Assembly (NCBI GenBank): GCA_950097015.1
Contig: CATNEN010000039.1
Coordinates: 4,216,001 to 4,280,000 of the forward strand
Origin: Macrostomum hystrix
Taxonomy: Eukaryota; Animalia; Platyhelminthes
Reading direction: 5' to 3'
DNA: 64,000 bases
Position numbers and translations under genes: made by a program. Shown piece after piece: positions 46,806-60,281 of the stretch. The notes below the pieces were generated by a model. The model was not told the DNA's origin. It worked only from the letters and a program-made list of their open reading frames with translations, and made no database searches. Every line of letters begins with the position of its first letter. Position 1 is the stretch's first letter.

Positions 46806-49184
46806 CTATCTGGCCATATAAAAATAACATGGCATGACTATAAGCTGTCTCCAATTCAAACTATATGGTTTTGGCATAAGCAGATAATGTGGCATGACTA
46901 GTTAGATCAAATTCCAACTCTAATGAGGCATGTAGGCACCAATTCAAACTTAAAATAGTTACAATAAACAAACTGCAATATTGCCAAGAAAATAACATGC
47001 ACAAATCTATAAATTGTATTTATAACATAAAAATATCATTTTTTTGAATTTTTACTAAGTTATTGACATGCCCTAGTAGCTATAAAAAATTGGCTCAAAA
47101 AAGCACCACGCCAAGCTAACAACAGTTTTTTGCTATGTATGTATCCCTGCAAGAAAAATGTCAAATGTTCTAGAAAAATGTTCTACGCCAAGCCATGTTG
47201 CCTAATTGTGTGCCAAGTCAAACCAAAAAAAAAATTTGCTAGACATGTGTCCACAAAAATAAAGTTTTTTCCTATAGGGTAAAGTATCACTCAATAGTTT
47301 AAAATAATTTGGGTTACATTTAATACTATAATTATTAGATCATAACAATCAGTCATTAATCATTTGATTACCAAATTACCAAATCATGTGATTACTATGA
47401 GTTGTATTACCAAAGTGGCTCTGTGGCTATTAGCAAAATGGATTGTATTTTTGGTTGGGTGGAGCACAAAACTTTTGGCATTGTGGTTGGTTAGCAAATA
47501 ATTTAATATCATTGTTTTTACTACCTGCAGTATTCTGTCTTCTGATTTCATGGTACAATTAGCTCATTGCTATCACAAATTGCTAATGCTTGATTGCTTC
47601 AGAAAAAAATTTTTTCACACTGGTATTGCCATATTGCCTTTGTTGGAGTATAAGCTGCTAGCTTTGTACATTTGTATGTGAATATAGCATAGCAAGCTGC
47701 ATCTGCACCTTGATGTGTTTTGCTGGAGGAAAAATTTGCACCTAATGCCTATGCAAATTTAGGCCTATTCTAGGCCAACAATCTATAAATGAAAGAATCC
47801 ATATTAGTATCTGTCAGCTTATTAAAAAAACTTTGTTGTTGTGGAATTAGCATCTCATCTTTCAAATGCAAAACCTTGACATTACATTCATAAGCAATTT
47901 ATTTTCATCTGCAACATGCATTATTTGTAAGTTTTTTATGAAAAAATGTGTAGATTTGTTTACTTATTTGGTATTCAAATTTCTATAACAAATCCATTAT
48001 CCATACAAATACCTTATAATAAAAAATTCCCAAATACCAATTTCAAATATCAAATCTCAATCAGGTATCTTTGATTAGAAATTATGCCATTAGATGATTA
48101 TATTTCCTTCCCTATTTTACATTTGCAAATGGCTTCTGCCAATCCAGCACTTTGCCACTATGGTCATAGCAGCTAGTCCATAAATTCTGAAAGTTTTGCA
48201 ATATTATTACAGCATAGATTCATCTTTGCACATAATTATGAATGACCAGTTTTTTAATCCAATATTTCCTGTCCATTTTTATAGCATGTCAAAAATTGGA
48301 AAAATGACACAGTTCACTTTTTAAGCAAATATTTTATCAAAGTTTTAGACTGTTGACTGTATAGGCTCTCTGAATCATACACTTAGGTCATGGCTCATGT
48401 TATGACTACTTCCATGGGTGATCTGTATTACAGTGCAACATGAGTTTCACTATTTCTTAAAGTAAAAGCTGTCTTAATTTTCTTTTGGAATAAAATGCCA
48501 TTCTAGGTTACCAATCCATTTATTATGTAGTTATTATTAAGGCACCTTACCTAAGGTACTCAACAAACTGAGCTAGGACCAATTGCTGCACAAATTGGAA
48601 ATAATAAGCAATCCAATTATTCCAGCATCACAGAAAGCCACAGAAGAGAAAGTCTTATTGTCAGAGCAGCAATATGATCATAAAATCTATACCCATGGCA
48701 CCTCCTTTTAGAGTCATAGTAGATTTTAGTATTCTAACAAAACATAGTGAGTGCTATTCAATACAATATCAACTGTACACTAAGGTCAGATACACATTGA
48801 TTTTTCCAGTGTTTTTTCATGATCAAGTGACATGAAGCACACAATATTGGTCTTATTGGAGAATGCTGAAAGTTTCAGTTTTTACGCCCCTATGTTTACT
48901 ACTTTTGCTAGCGAAATTTTTTCTGTGAGGCCCGCTGACAATATGATTGTTAAAACTGATAGGGTGACTTTATAACTTTAAGGATTCTAGGCAAGAGACA
49001 ACAGCTTGGTGGAAAATAAGAAACCATGAAAAAACCAACTTTAAAGACTATTGTAATCTGTTTCAATGTGGTTCTAAAAAATTAGTGCATGATTATAAAA
49101 CATAATAAAATAAGTTAAACCATCTCATAAACATTGCTGTCAGTTTCAGCAGCCGCAACCGGCGTTAACAGTGAAAAATTTGTC

Positions 49185-52100
49185 ATGTCTGGAGGCCAGC
49201 AGCTTTCAAGCCTGCGTGACGGCATCAAATCCGGTCTGATCGATGTGCCGATGGGCAGTGCCCTGCTGCTAGACGGAGTCGCCTCGCAGCCGCCTGATCA
49301 AACCGAGAGCCGGCGCGACCTCCTGGCCATTATTGAACTGCGACGGAAGACTCGCCAGATTCAGGTTAGTCCTTGACCAATCAGGATTTAAGACGCCAGG
49401 ACGACTAGCTGTGGACCAATCAGTATCAGTTAGGGTTCGGGTTGAGTGCAGCTGTGGACCAATACAGTATCAGTTAGGGTTCGGGTTGAGTGCAGCTGTG
49501 GACCAATCAGTATCAGTTAGGGTTCGGGTTGAGTGCAGACCGGGGGAGTGTAACTGGATGTCTTCTACCACCAACATTTTTAAAGGTGTCAACCGACGAT
49601 CGGGAAGTTCGCGCCTACCTGCGCCAGCTGGGCGAGCCGATCTGCCTATTCGGCGAAGATGCCGCCGATCGTCGCGAGCGTCTGAAGACTCTGATTGTGC
49701 TGCACGGCGAGTCAGCGATACGGAAACGCCCCGACGGATCTTCGGATGCCGCTGCTGCTGGCTCGGATGCCGGCACTCCGGCGTCGTCCACTGCCGCTGG
49801 CGGGCAGGCAATCAACAAGGAGCTGTGGTATCACGAGGGACCAGAAGCTCTGCAGGTGTGTTGCCTTTGTTGGCCCGGCTGGCTTGTAATCCCGATATCG
49901 GTCTTTAGCACAATTTAGTTTTCCAATAGAATTTCCTCCTCAGTGCCTACTATGAGTACACGATCTGAGTTAAAGATGCGCGCTGGTAAAAAAAAATCGT
50001 AGGCCTAGCCAGAAACTTACGAAGCCTTTTTAGGGTGGTTGCTAATCAGTCGGAGTTGCTATGAGAGTCCTGTTTTATTTGTTGAGTTATTACATCAAAA
50101 TTCTTTTTCTAAATGACATCATTACCACAAATGGCCTTCAATAGAAGTATGTCAGTTTGAGGTGTGCGCCTCGTTTGTATTGCATCATGCCAGATGAGTA
50201 TCGAGCGTGGCAAAGTATTAAGTGATTTAGATGATTATCAGTTTCTTCAGCTGAGTATCCGGTCCTTCAGCTGAGTATCCGGTCCTTCAGCTGAGTATCC
50301 GGTCCTTCAGCTGAGTATCCGGTCCTTCAGCTGAGTATCCGGTCCTTCAGCTGAGTATCCGGTCCTTCAGCTGAGTATCAAGTCCTTCAGCTGAGTAAGT
50401 ATCCGGTCCTTCAGCTGAGTATCCGGTCCTTCAGCTGAGTATCCGGTCCTTCAGCTGAGTATCAGGTCCTTCAGCTGAGTATCCGGTCCTTCAGCTGAGT
50501 ATCCGGTCCTTCAGCTGAGTATCGGTCCTTCAGCTGAGTATCCGGTCCTTCAGCTGAGTATCAAGTCCTTCAGCTGAGTATCAAGTCCTTCAGCTGAGTA
50601 AGTATCCGGTCCTTCAGCTGAGTATCCGGTCCTTCAGCTGAGTATCCGGTCCTTCAGCTGAGTATCCGGTCCTTCAGCTGAGTATCCGGTCCTTCAGCTG
50701 AGTATCAGGTCCATTGTGAGTATCAGGTCCATTGTGAGTATCAGGTCCATTGTGAGTATCAGGTCCATTGTGAGTATCAGGTCCATTGTGAGTATCAGGT
50801 CCATTGTGAGCATCAGGTGCAGTAAGAGTATCAAGTCCAATTAGAGTGTCAGGTCCATTAAAGTGTAACCATTAAGTTTTTTTACAGCTCAGCATCATTA
50901 TACTTCCAGGCTCTAGTGAGTGTGCGCTGGCTCGTTTGTCAATCTTCAGACGTCTCTGATAATTCACTAGGCTGTATACTCAATTGCGAATTTTGGGTTT
51001 CGAGTCTTGTCTTCACGTCTAATTGACATCCTCATTCTAGTCAATTTTACTTAGCTTTAGCTGTAATTTCAAAAGCTAATTGACTAGGCTGATGCTTCCG
51101 GATTCAGCAGTTTTATTGGCTTTTAAGCGTGAGACTGAGTCTATATATTTGCGGCTCCATTATCTCCAAGTCTACTGCCGAACTCAACCAATGGCTCACT
51201 GGCGAAGCCTGGTCTGTTTGGCGATCTGCTTTCGCCAAGTCTTAACTATTAACGGCACTGGCTGCATCTCTCTGACGCCAGCGAAGTGGTGCGTAAGATT
51301 TCGAGCTTCTGCTGTAAACTTCTGCGATGCGATGCGCATCTGTCACGCTCTCGGCGAGGAGATGATCTCAGCCTGAACCAAATAACATTTACACTGCCTG
51401 ATAACGGCCTGCTTTACTACTGGATAGGCCTGACTGATGCGCTTGTAGAGCGAGGCAAAAACAAGGACGGCTGGTTGTGGATTAAAGACGGCAATAAGAC
51501 TTCTGTTAATAGTACCTTGTTCGAACCTAGTGAGCCTGATGATCGGTATAACGAAGACTGCGTTGCAGCTTCAATTAAGCAAAGAGGTCTTGTAGATATT
51601 TCCTGCGCTAAAGCCTACACAATGATTGCCACACTCTGCTATACAGATTCCAACGTCTCTGTGCTACCTAAGCCAGTGACACCGGGATCCTTTGTGGCCT
51701 ACAACCTTGACCGGATTAACACTGTGACTCAGCCTGACACTGGCTGCTGGTTTGAAGCCTCGTCTCCATCAATTACAGATCGTTTCCAATGCTTGATTAG
51801 TTGCGCCAATTTCAGCTACGACTGCGTCGGATTCTTGTGGCACCCGGTCGCGCTGACTTGCATTCAGCTGCGCTACTTTGACGCCGCTGTCAACCTGACA
51901 AATGCCGATGGCAGCTGGGAGAAGTACTTGAGATCGGCTGCCAACTGATGGACACTGATGCATTAGACACGCGAAAACATTTCCGAGAGTAAATCTGCGT
52001 ATTTGAAACTGGAAAGATAAATACGGGAACAAATTTGTTATCTAATGGACAATTTCCCCGTAATGCTAAAAACAAGCCAGAAGGTCTGTTTACTTCTCTG

Positions 52101-55100
52101 TCTTCTGTCAGCTTCGTCGCTATCCCTTTTCTGTTGTCTCACCGTGAGAAACTGTCTATCCTGAGCAAATATACTCAAATATATCCTGAAAAAAACGGAT
52201 TTTCCAAGCTGGCTGAATACCTAGTCTCAGTCTGTTTTCTACCCATGTTTAACTGCAGATCTCCAAAGCCCAATAAAATACGTGAAATCTAATAATAATA
52301 ATAATAATAATAATTGATTACACCTGCCCCAATTGGGTCAGATGTGCAGCCGCAGCTAATGCGCGGCGCATCTGAAGGCTGCGTACAGCTGTTCAGTCCA
52401 TGGACTGGGGGGACGCCACACCCACCTTCAATTATCCCAGCTGATGCTGGTACCCATTTAACAGCTGGGTGAACTGAAGCAATGCAGAGTTAAGTGTCTT
52501 GCTAAAGGACGCAAATTGTTCCAGTGGAGTAGGGAATCGAACCCCCGACCTTTAAGTCGTGAGTCCGACGCCCTAACCACTTGGCTACAACCTCTACCTC
52601 TACTAGTAGAGGTTGTGAAATCTAAAAGCACTAAAATTCGGCATTTTATCACGCTTTAAAGCCGGACCCTACAAAACATCTTGACAAGAGCTATAAGAAG
52701 CAAAATGGAGTACTGTTAGAAATTTTACTTGGCAAGTGACATCCTTGACATCTCCCTAAAATTAAAAGTAAGTGATCTCACATTTTAAAAGCAAATTAAA
52801 ATGCTTCATATAAAAGCTTCTCTAATGTAAAGCTAATCTTCTCTAATGATTCTATCAGGAACTCTTGCCTAACTGCTTGTACTTAGGATTATTACGGATA
52901 GGTCCATTTATTGGGGCTGACGGTGCCAAGTCTTGTAATAAAATTCTTGCAGCTTCAAATTTCCTTCTAGAAGCATCCAGGAAACTACGAGTAATTGCAG
53001 TTTTTCGCGGCTAAGCGTTGAAATAACTCAAAAGAACGCACTGAAACTTACAACTGCAACAACAGTTCATCTTAGGGGTTAGTGGCAGAGCGGTCTTACG
53101 CGTTTACCTGTCGCACCAAGGTCCCTGAGCTTAATTCCTTGGCGAGGCCACATTTATTTAGGGCGCAGCCGCGGAAAAAGCTTGGGGGCTTGTCGTACAA
53201 TTTACGCGCTTGAGGGCCAACCTCCAAGGCACCAGGTAGATGTACACACCTGTGTAAGCGTCTGTGCTCAGAAATTAGTGAAATAGGCAGAAATTATTAT
53301 ATTTGATAACAGTCTATCTACTTATTTACTAAAAAATAAAAAACTATGTACGATGCTGTGCTCGTAAGTGTGATGTGGGTAGTCGATGTCACCTGCATCC
53401 CTCCGTCCTTCCACAGACTGCCAGACAGTGGCTAGCCGAGTATTCCTTGCCGAGAGCGCGCGCCCGCCTTGATGCCGCTAGAGCCTACTACCAGAACATG
53501 CCGCCTGCCGTGCGTCAGGCGCGCCACCTGGAGTGGCAGAACACTCTGCGCACCTTCGCCATTCAGGCCAGCCAGATTGGCGACACCCGGCCGCTCAGCT
53601 ACTGCCAGGTGTCGCCCTGCGGCGCCAAGCTGGCCGTCAGTAGCTGGTCCGGCCTTTGCCAGGTGTGGAACCTGCCTGACTGCGAGCTGGCTCTGACTCT
53701 GCGCGGTCACAAGACTAATGCCAGCTGTGTGGCGTGGCACCCGAAGGCCACGACCGCCGAGGCTGGACCCGTCGCTCTGGCGTCCAGCTCATTAGACGGA
53801 GCCGTCAAGCTGTGGTCATTGGAGAGTGAATCTCCTTACGCTGAGCTAGACGGACACGAGCCTTATAGGTTAGGATTATATTTTTTATGTACTCCGTACC
53901 CTAATATACGACACCAACAGGATTGTAAAAAATATAACATGCGATAGAGACGTATAATTGGTTCGGATATTTTCAGTTCGGCCAGATATTCAGCCTATCT
54001 AATCGGTGGCAGAATATCCGGTCGTTTCTCCGGAATGTGACGCAAAGTTTACATCCGGGTGATTCATTCGGATAATTGGATCTTTTTATCCGCACGAACC
54101 ATCCGGATTTGTAGCTGAAATCCGGTCATATAGGTGGATATTAATCCAGATCTATTGTCCGGAAAATAAGGTAAAATCCGACCGATTCATTTGGATATTA
54201 AGAAAGTTTTGTCCTGACGAAACAACCGGATGTCACGGGGCAATGGCACAATCATTTGATGACAGTAGACCCGCAGCCAGCGAGGAGGCAATTCCGCTGA
54301 CTTTTGAGCACACACGCATGCAGATGCCGTACGCAGGCGCAACTGTGTTCAATCTGCTCCGACTTTCTCATCATCAGGCAGTGTACACCCTCACTGTGCC
54401 TTGGAGGTTGGCCCTTAAGGGCGTAAATTGCAAGACAAGCCTTCTCTGCGGAATCGAGCTCAGGGTCCTTAGTGTTAGACCGCTCTGCCAATCACTCCCA
54501 CGCTCGTGTGCAAAGCTTATGGTCCCACCTCAAGCCTATGCCCCATAATCCCTTCATGCCAACCGCAGAGTGAGCCGCCTGGCCTGGCATCCCTCCGGCC
54601 GCTTCCTTGGCACCTGCGTGTTCGATTATTCCTGGCGTCTCTGGGATCTGGAAGCCGGCGACGAGATTCTTCATCAGGAGGGCCACAGCCGCGAAGTGTA
54701 CGACATCGCCTTCCACCCGGACGGCAGTCTGGCCCTCACGGGCGGTCTGGACAGCTTCGGTCGCGTCTGGGACCTCCGGACGGGCCGTTGCGTCATGCTC
54801 CTTGAAGGCCACCAGCGCAGCGTCCTGTCCGTGGCCTTCGCGCCTAACGGGCACCACATGGCGACTGGCTCCGAGGACAATGGCGCCAAGGTGTGGGATT
54901 TGCGCAAGCAGGTGTGCCTCTACACTGTGCCTGCTCACACCAATAACGTTAGCAAGGTACGGCTCATTTTGAAATTGCTTGCATCTGGGGTTGAGACGGT
55001 TGCTTAATGGAATAGTACAATGAATTATTAATGGGAATGTGCACAAGATTAATGTAATATTCTGCAAAAGATCAATGGAATTATGTACAGAATTAATGGC

Positions 55101-56150
55101 AAATTGTACACAATTTAAAGAGTGTATAGAAAATCCACTGCACAGTATTGATGGCAGTGTGTCCAATATGAATGGCAGTGTGTACAATATGATTATGAAT
55201 GGCAGTGTGTGCAATATGTTTGCAATTTGAATGGCAGTGTGTACAATATGATTATGAATGGCAGTGTGTGCATATGTTTGCAATTTGAATGGCAGTGTGT
55301 ACAATATGATTATGAATGGCAGTGTGTGCAATATGTTTGCAATTTGAATGGCAGTGTGGAGAATATGAATGGTAGTATGTGCAATATGAATGGCAGTATG
55401 TACAGTATGAATGGCAGTATGTACAATATGAATGGCAGTTATGTACAGTATGAATGGCAGTTATGTACAGTATGAATGGCAGTTATGTACAGTATGAATG
55501 GCAGTGTGTACAATATGAATGGCAGTTTATACAATATGAATGGCAGTGTGTACAATATGAATGGCAGTTATGTACAATATGAATGGCAGTGTGTACAATA
55601 TGAATGGCAGTGTGTACAATATGAATGGCAGTGTGTACAATATGAATGGCAGTTTATACAATATGAATGGCAGTGTGTACAATATGAATGGCAGTTATGT
55701 ACAATATGAATGGCAGTTATGTACAGTATGAATGGCAGTATGTACAATATGAATGGCAGTATGTACAATATGAATGGCAGTATGTGCAATATGAATGGCA
55801 GTATGTACAATATGAATGGCAGTATGTACAATATGAATGACAGTGTGGACAATATCGATTGGTGTGTTTACAATAGCAATAGCCCTCAACAATGAGCCTA
55901 ATGTCACATTCAACGCATCCTCAAACAGGTGGTGTTCCAGCCATCCACCAGTGGCGTGTCGCACTTCCTGCTCACTGCCTCCTACGATGGCAGCGCTCGA
56001 CTCTGGAGCCACCCGAACTGGACGCCCATCCACCAGCTGAGCGGTCACGAGTCCAAGCTGATGTGCGCGGATGTTGCTCCGGACAGCAGTTTTATTGTCA
56101 CCTGCGGCTTTGATCGCACCTTTAAACTCTGGTCGGCGCAGCCACTTTAG
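49185..56150 (+). CDS. PRPF4: U4/U6 snRNP protein Prp4 (exons 49185-49364, 49586-49855, 53417-53868, 54569-54956, 55929-56150)
   Basis: SFM motif [52 protein letters not shown], and WD40 repeats ([25 protein letters not shown]); all exons join in phase. Confidence 0.95.
49408..49537. repeat. 43-bp repeat x3 containing ttagggttcgggtt, in PRPF4 intron 1
   Basis: Direct tandem repeats. Confidence 0.85.
50245..50860. repeat. 20-bp minisatellite (cttcagctgagtatccggtc) grading into 18-bp units (ccattgtgagtatcaggt)
   Basis: Direct tandem repeats in PRPF4 intron 2. Confidence 0.95.
51191..51948 (+). pseudogene. Intronless secreted C-type lectin + PAN/apple-like gene nested in PRPF4 intron 2, with one frameshift near 51371
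   Basis: Signal-like [27 protein letters not shown]; after a frame change YWIGLTD...GWLW...EPSEPDD...EDCV...LVDISC (CTLD), then FQCLISC...CVGFLW...TC (PAN-like). Confidence 0.75.
52290..52600 (-). mobile_element. SINE family 1, full length with (taa)n tail
   Basis: Reverse-complement homologue of 4833-5125 with A and B boxes (gtagccaagtgg, ggttcgattccc). Confidence 0.85.
53074..53300 (+). mobile_element. SINE family 2, internally deleted copy
   Basis: ggggttagtggcagagcgg...cttgggggcttgtcgt...gagggccaacctccaaggcac. Confidence 0.75.
54236..54495 (-). mobile_element. SINE family 2 copy
   Basis: Matches 19880-20215 (cagcgaggaggcaatt, caggcagtgtacac, ccgctctgcca). Confidence 0.75.
55150..55855. 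repeat. 21-bp minisatellite (atgaatggcagtgtgtacaat) in PRPF4 intron 4
   Basis: Direct tandem repeats. Confidence 0.95.
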
Positions 56151-56845
56151 TTCCTCTAGCACAATTGTCTTTTAGAATTATTAAGTGGCATCGGAATTGG
56201 CAGTCTAGCTCGCATTTTGGCATTGCTTATTTCGTTCTTATTTGCTGCTTTTTTCACACTCTCACCTGTCTTGGTTTGCTGTTCATTCATTAACATTGTA
56301 TATTGATTAGGTTGCAACGGTCTAATCAAGCAAATAAACAATTTCTGTAGTAAAATAGATTTGTGTTTGTCTTTTTCAATCAATTTTATTTATTTCCCTT
56401 GTTCGTACTATAAATGGTCTAGGAGTTTTCTAGAAACTAAAATGAGCTTGTATAAAAACTAGTTTTTGAGCAGAGCTTGTTATTTAGGTTAAAATAGTTG
56501 CTTCTCGAATTAGATCATAAAACTAAAACCAATTAGGCAAGCTATTGTAAATTGTACAGCTATTTCCATGTCTATCCGAGTGTATATACATGTATCTATC
56601 CATTTATATATCTATTTTCTACTGTAAGCTGGGAAGCTTAAAAACCGTTTAACTTTGTCCTAGTTCGCATTTTTCTGACCTATACGATTAAATGTTCTGC
56701 TAAAAAGTACACACTACCCGAGCTAGGGGACCCACCCAATATTTTCCACCTGTGTGCTGCTATTAATTTCTACAGCTGGGTGTAGGGAAGCAATGGGGAA
56801 TTGAGTGCCTTGCTCAAGGGCAAGCCCAAATAGTACGTCCCATTT

Positions 56846-57571
56846 GGTTGTCAATCACTATTGGTTTTGACAATCAATATGAGAAGATGGACAATCGAAA
56901 TGAAGACAGCCATAGATCTGGATGCAGCAGCTCAGCTCAGCTTCGCAGCAGCTGCGGCTTAGGCCACAGACTTTTGATGATCGAAATGAGAATTGGACAA
57001 TCAAACTGGCAACGGGAGCAGTATGCACGTTTATTTGAACGAAAATTTAACATTTAAATTTTAACAGCAGCATGGGTTCAGAACTCCTGTAGAATTCTGT
57101 CCACAGTTCTGTACGAGATGTCCAGTTTGTCGGGGAAATGGTTGTTGACCCGCTGTGCCGTCTCGCTCAGGGTGAGGAACGGGTTGCGGTTCACCTCTGC
57201 TTCCAGAAATTCACGAATCTCCTCATCCACCTTGCACCTTGCTTCTTTTCGGCCTCCACGAGGCATACCGTCCATCCTTCCCTCATTCCTGTACAGCCTC
57301 ACGATGCGATGAGCAGTTGAATTTGACAGCTGAAGGATTATTGCTGCGTCCTTGACCGGTGTGCCATTCTATTCTTTCCTCCATGGTGCTGCCTCGCTAC
57401 ACTAACCGAGCGTTGCCATTTTGATTGTCCATCATTTCGATCGTCAAAAGTCTGTGGCCTAAGCCGCAGCTGCTGCGAAGCTGAGCTGAGCTGCTGCATG
57501 CAGATCTATGGCTGTCTTCATTTTGATTGTCCATCTTCTCATATTGATTGTCAAAACCAATACTGACAACT
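56846..57571 (-). mobile_element. Internally deleted Tc1/IS630-type element with about 165-bp TIRs and a transposase HTH remnant
   Basis: 56846-57015 and 57410-57571 are near-perfect inverted repeats. The interior (minus strand) encodes VKDAAIILQLSNSTAHRIVRLY...RGG...NPFLTLSE...ISYRTVDRIL; no DDE domain. Confidence 0.85.
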
Positions 57572-57814
57572 AGGGATTGCCAAAATTTTACTTGTGCTGC
57601 TAACAGATACACTACTACCAGATGATTCGGAGTCAGAATTTCATTTCTACCTTTAGAAATTTGAGCTAGGTAAAGCTTACCTTAATTATCGAATCGGTCG
57701 GAATATTCCTAGTCGGGCCAAGTTTAATCGTTAACTTGAAGCGGATCTAAGAGAGCTTAGTGTGCTGTGGGTGCCGACTGAAATACTCAGGTGCCGTGAA
57801 ATTCGCAATATTCA

Positions 57815-59547
57815 GTCTAAGAAGTCTGCGCCGGACCAGGCGGCCCAGCTGGCGTTGTCTTGCGATGCAGCAGCAGCGAAGCAGCAGATTTTGCGGCAAC
57901 GAGTCGAGCGAAAGGCCGAACAGGTGCGCAGTCTCCTGGACGCTTCTAAGGCCTACGAGAGCCGCCAGAGCGCCATTGACGCCTACTTCAATCGGCTGCT
58001 GGCAGGTCTTGAAGATCAGGCCAGTCGAAGTACAAATGGCATCCAAATGGACGCCAAACTCAAAGCGGCCACTGCCCGACTGATGAAATGCTTGAAGCTG
58101 CACTGGAGGGCTGCAGGATCTGCTTCTGAAGATCGCGCGCTGCCATCGCTGAGCTGCAGCAGCGCCGCACTGGTTCCCGCGGCCGGTGGCGGCTTCTCTC
58201 TGGTCAGCGTTGGCAGCAGCAGGACCAGCACGGCCGGCCAGTCGTCTTCTATGTCTAAGACAGCCTCGTCGACGAGGACCTCGTCAGTTTCCACGGATTC
58301 CATGGCGAATCAGTCGATACCGTCGCCCAAATCGGTACCTTTGCGGTCGCCGATCATTTCTGCAACTCGTCTGGCCTCCAAATACTACACTCTAGAAGCT
58401 GCGGGCGGCGGTAGTGAGCCAACAATTCGTTTAGTCACCTACAGCCTAGCGGACGGGGCAGCTAAAATTGTTAGCGAATTCTGCCTTAAAGACAAAGTGG
58501 CGTTGCCCGTCAGGGTGACAGCGTGCGCGAAATCTGACCGCTTGATCATTGCTGACACCGGCTTGAAAAGGATCGCCTACACCAAATCCAATGGCGAGGT
58601 CACTGCTGTGGTTGGCATCCTGCCTGGCCTGATTGACGCTGTCAGCACAGGAAAGCTGCTGATCATCTGCTCAGAGCCAGATCGCATGCATGCCTCACCT
58701 GTGGGCAAAGGCAGCGGTCTTGTCAGGTACGAGTTGAAGACAATCAAGCATAGTGGCGTAGATGTGCGGCCGCACCTGAAATTATTCATTAATCAATTTT
58801 AGTTAATTTCTGGGTGATTTCCATGATTATTTCGCCCGTAAATTCTTGGCCTCGAAATGGAAAATTTGTGTCCTTTATCTACGCGTCGATTTCACAGAGG
58901 TGCGTCTGCTGCAAATGCAACGTCAAATTAGAGTTTTTTAATTCTGTACGATAGATTATCCTTGTTATTATAGGCCTTCCTCTGTCCTCCTGCCCTTTCC
59001 TCTACCTCTGGCCACTCTCTGAATAGATGTTGACTAGATATCTCAGCAACAGTTAATCATTCAGGAATTTAAAAAATCCATCGGCAGGTGCACTTTTCAA
59101 ACCGACGCACCGAAGCTGCCGCAGCGACTAGCGTGGTGCCAGGAGACCAATTCGCTGTTGATTGTCGACAGGGTTGGAGGCCAACGTTCGTCCTCTTATC
59201 TGCTGCGCGCCTACCAGATGTCGAAAGAGTTGTGGCAGCTGCGGCCAGCCAGTTTGCGTCAGTCCGGCGTGCCGCTGGAGTCCAGCACTGTGCCAGCTGT
59301 GCTCACAAGTCCCAACGGTGAGCTGGTTGTGGCCCTGTACTGGCAGGCGCAGGTTGTTGTTAGTTGGCTGCCAGTGAGAGCGGCGGCTCTGTCGGATGCG
59401 CTGTGCCAGGTTCGCCTGACAACAATGCTCAGCTTGCCAGCTGACTTGAGCTTCGTTGGCGAGGACTGCGAGGATGATGGCGGCAACTCGACGGTGGCAT
59501 TGTGGGACCGGCTAGGCTCTGTTATCTTTGTTGATAGGCCAGTGTGA
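57815..59547 (+). CDS. Coiled-coil + Ser-rich linker + NHL-like beta-propeller protein (exons about 57815-58726 and 59088-59547); 5' end unresolved
   Basis: Heptad segment (AIDAYFNRLLAGLEDQ) and propeller-like blades (DRLIIADTGLKRI; RLAWCQETNSLLIVD); the phase-2 intron joins in frame. Confidence 0.6.
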
Positions 59548-60281
59548 GTCGTGTCCGCAATATTACACTGTTTATCCCTTAGAGAATGTCAAGGACCACT
59601 ATAATTGGATGGGCGAGGAAACTACGTTTCTTAGAAACGTTTAGGAGGCAGGTTTTTTTCGGAAAAATTATACTTTGGAGATGAAATATATTTACTTTTA
59701 CATTGAAGGTAAAACTACTGAGATATTTTGCCGCCCGTCTTTAAACCAAGCGGGAACCCCTGACAATTATTGCGCTACACCCTAACAAAGCAACGTAAGC
59801 ACACGAAACCCAAGAACACGGGCCAACTTTTTGTTACGCATCTTCGGTACATTTGGGTGACGTGCTGATAAAGTTTGAAGGCCTGACAACGGCAAGGCCA
59901 CGCTAAGCGCAGTGCAAATTCGTGTATTGGGGGTGTATGAAATACTGCACAAGTTCTTATGGGAAAAATAATATATTCGGCCTGAACCCTTAAATATCTT
60001 GACGGTCTGAAGGACTGGCGACTACTTCTTGTTCCAGAAGATGTGCAACAAAAAGTTGTTCTGTGCTCTCGAGTTTCGTGTGCTTGCGTTGCTGCGTTCG
60101 GGTGCACCATCAATAACTGTCTAATTTTCTTTGCCCCCGTGGTAGTTAAAAGTTAATATTTTTTTCACAAATAAGGTTTAAAAGAAATCGATAAAGCTTG
60201 AAAGGGAAATATCCTTTCTTGGAAGTGTTGTTACAACTTACAAGCGATGCTCTAGTTCAGCAGGCCTTTCTATCTCTGCAG

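Noticed and set aside
49408-49537. Interstitial telomere
   Set aside because: Only one TTAGGG per 43-bp unit; not a telomeric tract.
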